Positions 45,998-55,129 of a stretch of DNA of 63,768 nucleotides are shown piece after piece (positions within the stretch are counted from its first letter, which is position 1; each line of letters begins with the position of its first letter). The notes under the pieces were generated by a model that saw only the letters and a list, made by a program, of their open reading frames with translations, had not been told where the DNA came from and searched no databases. Made by a program: the position numbers and the translations under genes. Source of the stretch: Eubacteriales bacterium (lineage in GTDB: Bacteria; Bacillota; Clostridia; Oscillospirales; CAG-272); NCBI GenBank assembly GCA_045657165.1, contig JAZOSP010000122.1:1-63768 (forward strand), given 5' to 3'.

Positions 45998-47089
45998 TTA
46001 TACGCGCTTTACGTAAGTGCCTGCAAACTTGAGTCTGTCGCAGAATTCGCCGAGCTCCTCCATCATAAGACGGCCCTCCTCGGTCTGCACGTCGCCCTCT
46101 GCCTCCACGTAGAAATAGTACTGCCAGAGCAGCTCCTTCATAGGTCTTGAGCGAAGATTTCTCATATTAAAGCCGTGGCTTCCTATAACGTCTATTGCGC
46201 GCGCGAGAGCTCCTGCCTCGTTGCGAACGGTAAAGAGGAGAATCGAGTGCATACCCATCTCGCGCGAGAGACGCTTGCTTGCAACTCTTGAAAATACCGC
46301 AAAGCGCGTGGTGTTGCTACGGCTTTCGTTTATATCGTGGTCGAGAACGGTAAGTCCGAAGAGGTCCGCAGCCTCTGCGCTCGCGATAGCGGCAACCGAG
46401 AGGTCACCCTTTTTAGCCACGTATTCTGCAGCGAGGGCGGTATTGCTGTATTCGGAAATCTCAAAGCCGTGCTCGCGTATGTACTCGGCACACTGACCGA
46501 GCGCCTGCGGATGGCTCACAACCCGCTTTATGCCGTCGATTGTGCTGCCGCGAACGCCAAGCAGGTCCTGCGTTACCGAAAGCTCAAGGATTCCGTTTAC
46601 GTAAAGAGAGCCCGAGAACATAAGGTCTGTCACCTGACCGACCTCGCCGTTATAGCTGTTCTCAAGCGGCAAAACGCATACGTCGCACTCGCCGCTCTCG
46701 GCGGCACGGTACGCCGCGGTAAAGTCGGGGTATGAAATTTTCTTTGCTGTGGGGAAAAGCCTTTCGGCGGCTATGTGTGCAAATGCACCCACAGTACCCG
46801 AATATGCAACCCTCATTCCCTCAAGCAGCTTTGCCTGATAGGAGCGCGAGGTCTTCATAACGTCGCGCAGGAAATTGACGTAGAAGGCTTTAATCTCCTC
46901 GTCCTCTATGAGCGCGGAGTTGCGTCTTACGACCTCCTCCTCGCGTATAGGGTCAAGGATAGCAAGTCCTCTCTCTTTTTTATATTCGGCTATCGTCTCT
47001 GCCGCGCGGAGTCGCTCGCAGAAGAGCTCTGCCATTTCTTTATCTATTTCGTTTATTTTACGTCTTGCCTTGTCAAGATTGTTTTCCAT
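45998..47089 (-). CDS. pheA: Chorismate mutase / prephenate dehydratase (with ACT domain)
   Basis: N-terminal AroQ-type CM (RRKINEID, REEEV); PLENS, SHPQALGQC and NTTRF motifs; C-terminal ACT with SRP. Confidence 0.92.
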   Translation of the reverse strand: MENNLDKARRKINEIDKEMAELFCERLRAAETIAEYKKERGLAILDPIREEEVVRRNSALIEDEEIKAFYVNFLRDVMKTSRSYQAKLLEGMRVAYSGTVGAFAHIAAERLFPTAKKISYPDFTAAYRAAESGECDVCVLPLENSYNGEVGQVTDLMFSGSLYVNGILELSVTQDLLGVRGSTIDGIKRVVSHPQALGQCAEYIREHGFEISEYSNTALAAEYVAKKGDLSVAAIASAEAADLFGLTVLDHDINESRSNTTRFAVFSRVASKRLSREMGMHSILLFTVRNEAGALARAIDVIGSHGFNMRNLRSRPMKELLWQYYFYVEAEGDVQTEEGRLMMEELGEFCDRLKFAGTYVKRV

Positions 47090-47091
47090 TT

Positions 47092-48282
47092 TCAGTCCTC
47101 ATTTTTATAGCTTTGCGCAAGTGCGCGGAACGCGGGCAGGGCCTTTTTTACCTTGTCGGTCGGAACGCAGTATGCAATTCGAGCATATCCCGGTGAGCCA
47201 AACGAGTCGCTCGGCACTATCAGAAGCTCGAATTTCTTCGCTCTCTCGGAAAATTCACCTGCGTCACCCGAGGGGGATTTGACGAAAAGATAGAACGCGC
47301 CGTCAGCACGTGTGACCTCGAAGCCGTATTCCGTAAGGCTCTCGGTGAGAAGCCTGCGGTTTCTGTCGTATACCGACAGGTCTGCGACCTCGCCGAGGCA
47401 GCAGGGAAGCAGTCGCTGAAGAAGGCTTGGCGCACATACGTACCCAAGAGCGCGCCCTGCACCGCAAATTGCCTGATATGCCTCGGTAAAGTCCTTTATT
47501 CTCGGAGAAACGAGAGCGTAGCCTATCCTCTCACCGGGCAGGGAGAGGGATTTGCTGTAAGAATAGCAAACGACGGTATCGTCGTAATACTTTGTGAGCA
47601 ACGGCACTGTCACGCCGCCGTAAACGAGCTCGCGGTAGGGCTCATCGGAGATAAGATATATCGGTGCTGTCCGTCCCGCCGACACCTCGCGGAGCATATC
47701 CGTAAGCTCTTTTACGTTATTCTCGGAATACACCACGCCCGTGGGGTTGTTGGGTGAGTTGATTATAACAGCGGCTGTTTTTTCGTTTACCGCCATACGG
47801 ATAGCCGAGACGTCGAGCGAGAAGTCCGCCTTGCATGGCACGGGGCGTATTGTGCCGCCCGCACGCTCGATGAATACCTTGTATTCGGGGAAGTAAGGCG
47901 CGGGAACGATTACCTCCTCACCGGGTGATACGAGTGCCGTCAGAGTTGCGGCAATAGCGGCGGCAGCTCCGACTGTAAGATAAAAGCAATCGGCTGTGAC
48001 CGACTCGCCGAAGGTCTTATTTACGTAATCGGCAATCGCCGCGCGCACATTCGCGTCGCCCTGTGCCGACGTGTAGCCGTGCAGGTCGACGGAGCTTTCC
48101 TCACGTATAAGACGGGTGAGATTTGCGTTTACCGATTCGGGGGCGGGAACGCTGGGGTTGCCGAGGGAAAAATCAAAGACGTTTTCCTCGCCGATTTCAG
48201 CTTTCCTTTTTTTGCCGTATTCAAAAAGCTCGCGTATTACCGAGCGTACGGCACCGAGTGCCTGCATTTTTCCGTTTATCAC
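47092..48282 (-). CDS. PLP-dependent class I/II aminotransferase (likely aromatic/aspartate), first gene of the aro operon
   Basis: SLGNP, NSPNNPTG, SDEPY and SKSLSLPGERIG motifs. Confidence 0.9.
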   Translation of the reverse strand: MINGKMQALGAVRSVIRELFEYGKKRKAEIGEENVFDFSLGNPSVPAPESVNANLTRLIREESSVDLHGYTSAQGDANVRAAIADYVNKTFGESVTADCFYLTVGAAAAIAATLTALVSPGEEVIVPAPYFPEYKVFIERAGGTIRPVPCKADFSLDVSAIRMAVNEKTAAVIINSPNNPTGVVYSENNVKELTDMLREVSAGRTAPIYLISDEPYRELVYGGVTVPLLTKYYDDTVVCYSYSKSLSLPGERIGYALVSPRIKDFTEAYQAICGAGRALGYVCAPSLLQRLLPCCLGEVADLSVYDRNRRLLTESLTEYGFEVTRADGAFYLFVKSPSGDAGEFSERAKKFELLIVPSDSFGSPGYARIAYCVPTDKVKKALPAFRALAQSYKNED

Positions 48283-48317
48283 GAAAGCTCACCTCCCGGA
48301 AAAGTATATAATATATA

Positions 48318-48345
48318 ATTATATCGCATACGCGCAAAATGTCAA
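48318..48345 (-). promoter_or_regulatory. SigA promoter of the aro operon
   Basis: TTGACA-16 nt-TATAAT. Confidence 0.65.
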
Positions 48346-48390
48346 GGCTTTTTCGTGAAAAAGTGGCTCGGGTAGGTATATAAATGTGAA

Positions 48391-48412
48391 GGGGTCTGCA
48401 ATCGCAGACCCC
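48391..48412 (-). terminator. Hairpin after mglC
   Basis: GGGGTCTGC / GCAGACCCC inverted repeat; weak T-tract. Confidence 0.55.
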
Positions 48413-48418
48413 ACGGCG

Positions 48419-49531
48419 TTATCTTCTTTTCAGATATTTTCGCATATCGAGTGCGCAGGCAAAGAGGATTATAAGACCCTTGATGACGTAAAGAAGATTC
48501 TGGTCGACCGACAAAAAGTTAAGGCCGACGAATATAATCTGAAGCAGCAGAACTCCGAGAACGACACCTCCGACCTTTCCCGTTCCACCTACAAAGGATA
48601 CACCGCCGATAACGCAGGCGGCAATGGCGTCACTTTCGTAATTTTGTCCCGTGTATGATGCCGCAGAGGCGATTCGCGCGCCCTCAATAAATCCGGTTAT
48701 GCCGTACATAGCGCCCGCAAGCATGAACACGAGTATTACGGTTTTGAAAACGTTAACGCCCGAAACTCTTGCCGCCTCCTCGTTTGAGCCGACGGCAAAC
48801 ATATTCTTGCCGAAGGTGGTTTTGTTCCAGATAACCCATATCAAAACCGTGATAATAAGTGAGTAGAGAATATATCTCGGCACGGCTATTCCAGCAATTT
48901 TGAAAAGCGGACCCGCAACGAAATCGATATAAGACGGGTCAAGCCCCGAGAGGGTCTGACCGCCGTTACCGCCTATTTGCAAATAGAGCAGTATAGCACC
49001 GTAAATTATCAGCTGCGTTGAGAGTGTGACGATAAATGGGTGTAGCTTGAATCTTGCCACGAAAAACCCGTTGACCGTTCCTATCAGCGCGCCGACCGCT
49101 ACAACCGCAAGCAAGACGACGGGGATAGGAAGCGCGGGGAGAGAGGAAAACATCTTTCCCGCATATCCCGTCATCTGAAGCAGGGAAGCGGTAATGCACG
49201 CCGTAAGACCCACGGCTCGCCCTGCGGAAATATCGGTTCCCGTCAGCACGATAGCACCGCCTATACCGAGAGCTATCGGCAGCCTTGCCGCGGTCAGGGA
49301 TAAAATATTGATAATCGACGCTACCGAAATAAAGCGCGGTCTCACGATAGCAATAATCACAACTGCAATTATAAGAGCTATAATCATAGCGCGGTCGAGA
49401 ATTGCGTTAAGTGCCACCCGTGTGCGTTCTTTTGCGTCAAGAGCGAGAAAATCATCTACTCGCTTGCGACCGTTTTCATATTTCCTTTTGAAGCCGTTCA
49501 GTGCTTTGACAAATATTCCGTCGTTTTTCAA
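48419..49531 (-). CDS. mglC: Galactose/methyl-galactoside ABC permease
   Basis: GTDISAG, PFIVTL, FGKNMFAVGSNEEAARVSG and DAIAACVIGGVSFVGG motifs. Confidence 0.88.
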   Translation of the reverse strand: MKNDGIFVKALNGFKRKYENGRKRVDDFLALDAKERTRVALNAILDRAMIIALIIAVVIIAIVRPRFISVASIINILSLTAARLPIALGIGGAIVLTGTDISAGRAVGLTACITASLLQMTGYAGKMFSSLPALPIPVVLLAVVAVGALIGTVNGFFVARFKLHPFIVTLSTQLIIYGAILLYLQIGGNGGQTLSGLDPSYIDFVAGPLFKIAGIAVPRYILYSLIITVLIWVIWNKTTFGKNMFAVGSNEEAARVSGVNVFKTVILVFMLAGAMYGITGFIEGARIASAASYTGQNYESDAIAACVIGGVSFVGGTGKVGGVVLGVLLLQIIFVGLNFLSVDQNLLYVIKGLIILFACALDMRKYLKRR

Positions 49532-49546
49532 CTCAAGTCCTTTCCG

Positions 49547-51043
49547 CTATTCCGCATATCTTGCGGCAAGCTCCATAATTTTCTCCTGCGTTGCAGTCTC
49601 TCGGGAAAGTTCTCCCGCAACACGCCCCCCACTCATTACGATAATTCTGTCACAAACGCCAATGAGCTCGGGCATTTCCGAGGAAACCATAATTATGCCG
49701 TGGCCCTCGCTTGCGAGTGCGGCGAGGAGGGTATAGATTTCGTATTTTGCACCCACGTCTATACCGCGCGTCGGTTCGTCGAGCATAAGCACTCGCGGCT
49801 CTGTAAGAAGCCAGCGCCCGAGTATAACCTTTTGCTGATTTCCGCCTGAGAGCGTGCCGATTTTGGTTTTGTCAGAGGGCGTTTTAACACGCATTTTTCT
49901 TATACAGTCCTCGGTTGCTTCCTTTACTAGTCTTGTCGAAACGAAAGGACCGCGAGATATTTTGTCGAGTGCCGCTATCGTCGTGTTTTCCCTTATGTCA
50001 AGAATGGAAAATATACCCGTTGCGCGGCGCTCCTCTGTCAGAAGCGCAAAGCCGTTTTTTACAGCCTCAATCGGGGTACGGTTTTTAATTTCCTTGCCGT
50101 CGAGGAAAAGCTTTCCCGTGGATAGACTTGAAAGACCGAAAATCCCCTCAAGCAGCTCGGTTCTGCCCGAGCCGTCAAGCCCTGCGATACCGAGGATTTC
50201 GCCTTTACGGAGTCTCAGGCTCGCGGATTTAAGGCGTGAATATTCGCCCGAGAGCTCCTCGGCCTCAAATAGCACCTCACCAATCTTGTGCTCTCTTTTA
50301 GGATAAACCGAGGATATCTCGCGCCCGACCATGAGCCTTATTATTTTGTCATTATCAAGCTCGTCCGACGGGTGCGTTGCGATGTGCCTTCCGTCGCGCA
50401 TGACGGTAACCGTGTCGCAAATTCTGAGTATTTCCGCCATTTTGTGCGAGATATAAATTATGCCGCAGCCGCGCTTCTTCAGCATTTCTATAATGCCGAA
50501 AAGTCTTTCTGCCTCTCTGTCCGTAAGCGAGGAGGTCGGCTCGTCAAATACGATTATTTTAGCGCCGTATGACACAGCCTTCGCTATCTCTATCATCTGC
50601 CGCTCGGATACCGAAAGCTCACCCATTTTTCTCTCGGGCGAGTGCTTTATGCCAAGCTCGTCGAAAATCGTCTCTGTGTCTGCGAGCATTTTCCTTTTAT
50701 CTATAATCGGCAAAAATGGATAGCGAGGGTAACGCCCGAGCCACATATTGTCGGCGAGAGAAAGCGTAAGTGCCTGATTTAATTCCTGGTGCACCATAGC
50801 TACTCCGTGGTCAAGCGCGTCGCGAGGCCCGCCGAAATTGACCTCTCGCCCCTCAAGGTATATTTTACCGCCGTCTGTCGCGTAAACGCCGAAAAGGCAT
50901 TTCATAAGCGTCGATTTTCCCGCGCCGTTTTCGCCCATCAGGGCGTGCACGCTGCCGCGCTCGAGCGTGAAGGAAACACCGTCGAGAGCGCGCACGCCCG
51001 GGAAGGACTTGGAGATATTCTCCATTTTAAGAAGCGGCTCCAT
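49547..51043 (-). CDS. mglA: Sugar ABC ATP-binding protein (duplicated NBD)
   Basis: GENGAGKSTLMK, FDEPT, LSGGNQQK and DEPTRGIDVGAK motifs. Confidence 0.9.
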   Translation of the reverse strand: MEPLLKMENISKSFPGVRALDGVSFTLERGSVHALMGENGAGKSTLMKCLFGVYATDGGKIYLEGREVNFGGPRDALDHGVAMVHQELNQALTLSLADNMWLGRYPRYPFLPIIDKRKMLADTETIFDELGIKHSPERKMGELSVSERQMIEIAKAVSYGAKIIVFDEPTSSLTDREAERLFGIIEMLKKRGCGIIYISHKMAEILRICDTVTVMRDGRHIATHPSDELDNDKIIRLMVGREISSVYPKREHKIGEVLFEAEELSGEYSRLKSASLRLRKGEILGIAGLDGSGRTELLEGIFGLSSLSTGKLFLDGKEIKNRTPIEAVKNGFALLTEERRATGIFSILDIRENTTIAALDKISRGPFVSTRLVKEATEDCIRKMRVKTPSDKTKIGTLSGGNQQKVILGRWLLTEPRVLMLDEPTRGIDVGAKYEIYTLLAALASEGHGIIMVSSEMPELIGVCDRIIVMSGGRVAGELSRETATQEKIMELAARYAE

Positions 51044-52122
51044 CAGCTATCTCCGTCTTCCTCTCCCGTGTAGGTGGAGTAGGGAATATTGATTCTCCAA
51101 TCGCCTATTATCATAGCCTCGTCAATTCCCTCAAACGGTTCCTTACCGTCAAGTAAATTCCTTGCGACCGCAGCCATAACCTCTGCCATTCTTTCGCCGT
51201 CCTGCTTTACCGTGCCCGTCATAGCCCCCGCGCGTATCTTTGCCTTTGCAGCCTCGGAGGCGTCGACACCGAAGACGGGAACGTGATGAGCGCCCGACTT
51301 GTTATATCCTACCTCCTCGAGTGCCGCAAGCGCGCCGAGAGCCATCTCGTCGTTGTTCGCAATAACGAGCTCAACCATGTTTCCGCCCGACTCGCTGTAG
51401 CCGGAGAGAATGGTTTTCATAGAGTCGTTTGCCGCCGCATTCGACCATGTTCCGTTTTGGTCAACTATATAGCCTGAGGTATTGTTTTTATCGTAGAAGG
51501 TGATAGATGGCTTTCCTGCCGCCCTTAGGATTTCGTTGCACACCTCGACTGCGTAGCGCGTGCGCGCCTCTGCCTCAAGGTTGCCCTGCTGACCCTTAAA
51601 TAGAACGTAGCTGATTTTACCGTCTCCGTTGAGATCGACGTCGGAGTAGTTTTCAAGTATATACTCGCCTATCATCTCGCCCTGCATACGGCCTGCCATC
51701 TCGTAATCGGTGCCTATGAAAACGCACTTCTCGTAGCTCTTTACCACCGACTCCTTAACCGAGCGGTTGAAGAATATGACGGGAATATCCGCCGCCTTCG
51801 CCTTCGAGATTATTGCGCTTGCCGCGTCGTCAGAGCCTGTGTCAACCACGTTGACGGCGAGCACACGCGCGCCCTTTGAGATAGCCGTATCGACCTGCTC
51901 GGTCTGGGTAGTCTGATTTCCGCCGGCGTCATAGTTGTGGTAGCCGAGATTTGCACTGTTAAGCGCAGAGTCCATAGCTCCGCGCACTCCGGATATATAA
52001 GTGTCTGCAAAGGTGTAATAAAGCACCGACACGTCCTCGCTCATACCGCAGCCCGCGAGGGCGGTGAGCGAAAGGACTGCCGTGAGTGTAAAAGCAATAA
52101 TTTTTACAGCCGTTTTTTTCAC
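51043..52122 (-). CDS. mglB: Galactose/glucose-binding lipoprotein
   Basis: GTG start after AAGGAG; LAGC lipobox; PVIFFNR; DLNGDG Ca-loop; ANNDEMALGA; GVD; GTVKQD. Confidence 0.88.
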   Translation of the reverse strand: MKKTAVKIIAFTLTAVLSLTALAGCGMSEDVSVLYYTFADTYISGVRGAMDSALNSANLGYHNYDAGGNQTTQTEQVDTAISKGARVLAVNVVDTGSDDAASAIISKAKAADIPVIFFNRSVKESVVKSYEKCVFIGTDYEMAGRMQGEMIGEYILENYSDVDLNGDGKISYVLFKGQQGNLEAEARTRYAVEVCNEILRAAGKPSITFYDKNNTSGYIVDQNGTWSNAAANDSMKTILSGYSESGGNMVELVIANNDEMALGALAALEEVGYNKSGAHHVPVFGVDASEAAKAKIRAGAMTGTVKQDGERMAEVMAAVARNLLDGKEPFEGIDEAMIIGDWRINIPYSTYTGEEDGDS

Positions 52123-52201
52123 AAGAATTGCTCCTTTTCTTTTGATAAATCTATTTTTGACCGAAATATGCTTGGGTATGCGGAAAAAATGCGACCGAGT
52201 C

Positions 52202-52230
52202 TTGAAAAAAGCCAAAGCGCGTGGTAAAAT
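52202..52230 (+). promoter_or_regulatory. SigA promoter of the FAD oxidoreductase
   Basis: TTGAAA-17 nt-TAAAAT with TG extension. Confidence 0.6.
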
Positions 52231-52261
52231 ACAAATATAACGCTAAAAAGGAAGCTCTGTT

Positions 52262-53842
52262 ATGATTGAAACCGAAATCAGAGTCCCTGCCGCTTACACC
52301 TCGGGTGACGTTCGGTCGGCGCTAAGAGTGCGTCTTCCACTGTCTGAGGAGGAGGTGCGGGACTTTCAAATAGTAAAAAAGCGGCTTTCCGCCGCTGACA
52401 AAACAGATATTCATTACAAAATGACCGTAGCCCTCGCACTCTCAGAGGATAGGGAGTCGGGGCTCCTTAAAATTCGCAACAAGGTAAGGCCTCACGACGG
52501 ATTAGAGCTTGAGCTACCCGAGGCGAAGCTTGGTGCACGCCCCGTTGTGGTTGGCTCGGGGCCCGCAGGGCTCTTTGCCGCTTTGACTCTTGCGGAGTCG
52601 GGTGCACGACCGATATTGGTTGAGCGAGGTCTGCCCGTTGAGGAGAGGGCAGAGTGCGTAAGACGGCTTGAGCTCTTCGGTATTCTTAATCCCGAGTGTA
52701 ACGTTCAGTTCGGCGAGGGCGGTGCGGGAACGTATTCCGACGGCAAGCTCAAGGTTGGCTCGCACGATAAATACAAAATGAAGGTGCTCCGCGCGCTCGT
52801 TGAGGCAGGCGCACCCGAGGAAATTCTTTATTCAATGGACGGTCACCTCGGTACGGATAAGCTCTCGCATATCGTGAGGCGTGTGCGCGAAAGGCTCATC
52901 TCGCTCGGTGCAACTCTTATGTTTTCTACGCGCCTCGTAGGCATAAACCTGAAGGACGGCAGAGTATGCGCCGCGCGGGTGATGTGCGATGGAAAAGAGG
53001 AAATAATAGAAACCGAAAACATAGTTCTTGCAATAGGGCACAGCGCTCGCGATACCTTTGAGGTGCTTAAGAAGACGGGCGTTATAATGGAGCCGCGCGG
53101 ATTTGGTATAGGCGTTCGTATCGAGCACCCCCGCGAGCACGTAGACCGCCTGATTTACGGTGAATGTGCGCCTCAGGGGCTCGGCAGCGCCTCGTATCAT
53201 CTCGTCACCCATCTGGATAACGGCAGAAGCGTGTATAGCTTTTGCATGTGTCCCGGCGGAACGGTGGTTGCGGCAACTAGCAGTGAGGGCGGTGTCGTCA
53301 CCAACGGAATGAGTGAGTACTTGCGCGACGGCTCAAGCTCGAACGCCGCATTTCTCGTGTCGGTGACCCCGCGGGATTTTGCTTCAGAGGACCCGCTTGC
53401 AGGCTTTGAGCTTCAGCGCAAAATTGAGGAGTCAGCCTATCTTGCGGGTGGAGGCGGTTACCTTGCTCCCACGGTGCGAATGGAGGACTTCGTTAAAAAA
53501 ACCATACCCACTCAGCCTTGCACGGTGCTGCCAAGCTATCCAGTCGGCACGAGCACGGCAAGCCCAGACGACTATCTTCCCGAATACATTACCGACTCGC
53601 TCCGCGCGGCAATAGCCGATTTCGAGGAGTACCTGCCCGGATTTTACTATCCCGACGCAGTAATGACGGGTGCTGAAACCCGTTCGACCTCGCCTGTCAG
53701 AATTTTGAGAGACGGTAGCTATGAGGCGATAGGTATAAAGGGGCTTTACCCGACGGGTGAGGGCGCAGGCTACTCGGGCGGAATAATTTCCTCTGCCGCC
53801 GACGGAGTTAAGGCTGCCGAAGCTATTCTAACCAAAAAATAA
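52262..53842 (+). CDS. Uncharacterized FAD/NAD(P)-dependent oxidoreductase (COG2509-like)
   Basis: VVGSGPAG, QFGEGGAGTYSDGKL, FCMCPGG, ETRSTSP and GEGAGYSGGI motifs. Confidence 0.85.
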   Translation: MIETEIRVPAAYTSGDVRSALRVRLPLSEEEVRDFQIVKKRLSAADKTDIHYKMTVALALSEDRESGLLKIRNKVRPHDGLELELPEAKLGARPVVVGSGPAGLFAALTLAESGARPILVERGLPVEERAECVRRLELFGILNPECNVQFGEGGAGTYSDGKLKVGSHDKYKMKVLRALVEAGAPEEILYSMDGHLGTDKLSHIVRRVRERLISLGATLMFSTRLVGINLKDGRVCAARVMCDGKEEIIETENIVLAIGHSARDTFEVLKKTGVIMEPRGFGIGVRIEHPREHVDRLIYGECAPQGLGSASYHLVTHLDNGRSVYSFCMCPGGTVVAATSSEGGVVTNGMSEYLRDGSSSNAAFLVSVTPRDFASEDPLAGFELQRKIEESAYLAGGGGYLAPTVRMEDFVKKTIPTQPCTVLPSYPVGTSTASPDDYLPEYITDSLRAAIADFEEYLPGFYYPDAVMTGAETRSTSPVRILRDGSYEAIGIKGLYPTGEGAGYSGGIISSAADGVKAAEAILTKK

Positions 53843-53847
53843 AAGAG

Positions 53848-53874
53848 CCGCCGCGGCAAGCTTTGCCGCGGCGG
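53848..53874. terminator. Terminator between convergent genes
   Basis: CCGCCGCGGCAA / TTGCCGCGGCGG perfect 12-bp stem. Confidence 0.8.
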
Positions 53875-53886
53875 TATTCGCTTTTA

Positions 53887-55113
53887 TCAGAACGCCCAAT
53901 TGCCGTTCTCGAATATTTTAACGCTCTTACCGTCCTCGAGCACGGCTGTGATTGACATGTCCTCGGTGCCAATCATAAAGTCCTCGTGAACTATCGAGTC
54001 GTTAATGCCCATCTCGTGAGCCTCTTTTTCGGTGTACTTTTCATAATCAACAAGCACGTTTGTAAAGCCTCTGCCAAGTGCAAGATGGCACGCCGCGTTC
54101 TCGTCAAAGAGGGTGTTATAAAAGAGCAGCCCCGACTCGCGAATAGGCGAGGAGTAGGGAACGAGTGCGCACTCACCAAGATATGCTGCACCCTCGTCCA
54201 TCGCGATTAGCTCGCGCAGAAGCGACTCGTTTTTCTCAGCCCCCACGTCAACCGCCTTGCCGCCCTCGAACCTAATCCAGAAATTGTCGATAAGCTGACC
54301 GCCGTAGGAGAGGGGACGGGAGGAATAAACGATACCGTCGGCGTCACCGCGGCGTGGAGAGGTGAACACCTCCTCCGAGGGAATGTTCGGGTTGTAGTAA
54401 ACGCCACTTCCGAGCGTTTCCTCGCCGCCTGCCATAAAGATAGCGTTAGGTAAAAGTCCAACTCTAAAGTCGGTGCCCGAGGCAGATTTGTATTTTAATT
54501 CCTTTATTTTAAGCGAGTTGAGGTAATCACACCTCTTTTTGAGGTCGGCGTTGTGTGCTGCCCAAGCCGCAATCGGGTCGTCGTCGACACGCGAGGTTGA
54601 GAGAATTGCCTCCCAGAGCTTTTCTACCGCAACGCTCGCACGTTCGCCGGGGAATACCTTTTTTGCCCATGCCTTGCCGGGAACGGCTGCTATGCACCAC
54701 TGATATTTGTTTTCCATCCTATTACGGATGGGCTTTATGAGCTTTGAGCGAGAGGCCATAGCCTTCGCGTATTTTTTCTGGTTTATTCCAGCAAGGCCGT
54801 CGGGGTCCTCGGACATAAGATATATTTTGCAGGGCAGCACCTCCGCTTGGTGCTCCCATCTTTCGAGCTGCCACTTGTCAAGCGAGCCGAGCACCTTTTC
54901 AGAGCAGTATCTCACGTTGGATTTGGTAAGCGGCTGATACATCCAGTCAACGCTGACCTTTGAAGCGCCTGCCTTGTAGCACTCGTCAACCACCATCTTG
55001 ACAAACTCGGGCTGGTCAAGCTCCGCGGAGATGAAAACCTCCTGTCCCTTCTGTACGTTCACGCCGCATACGGCAATTAGATTTGCGTATTTTTTGAGTC
55101 TTTGCTTGTTCAT
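53887..55113 (-). CDS. M29-family aminopeptidase (AmpS/PepS-like)
   Basis: NIPSEEVFTSP, LGECALV, FDENAACHLALG and HEDFMIG motifs. Confidence 0.92.
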   Translation of the reverse strand: MNKQRLKKYANLIAVCGVNVQKGQEVFISAELDQPEFVKMVVDECYKAGASKVSVDWMYQPLTKSNVRYCSEKVLGSLDKWQLERWEHQAEVLPCKIYLMSEDPDGLAGINQKKYAKAMASRSKLIKPIRNRMENKYQWCIAAVPGKAWAKKVFPGERASVAVEKLWEAILSTSRVDDDPIAAWAAHNADLKKRCDYLNSLKIKELKYKSASGTDFRVGLLPNAIFMAGGEETLGSGVYYNPNIPSEEVFTSPRRGDADGIVYSSRPLSYGGQLIDNFWIRFEGGKAVDVGAEKNESLLRELIAMDEGAAYLGECALVPYSSPIRESGLLFYNTLFDENAACHLALGRGFTNVLVDYEKYTEKEAHEMGINDSIVHEDFMIGTEDMSITAVLEDGKSVKIFENGNWAF

Positions 55114-55129
55114 ACTCTTTTCCTTTCGG

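Noticed and set aside
52123..52215. 31-aa N-terminal extension of mglB in the ORF track
   Set aside because: GTG at 52122 has an AAGGAG RBS and gives a normal lipoprotein signal peptide
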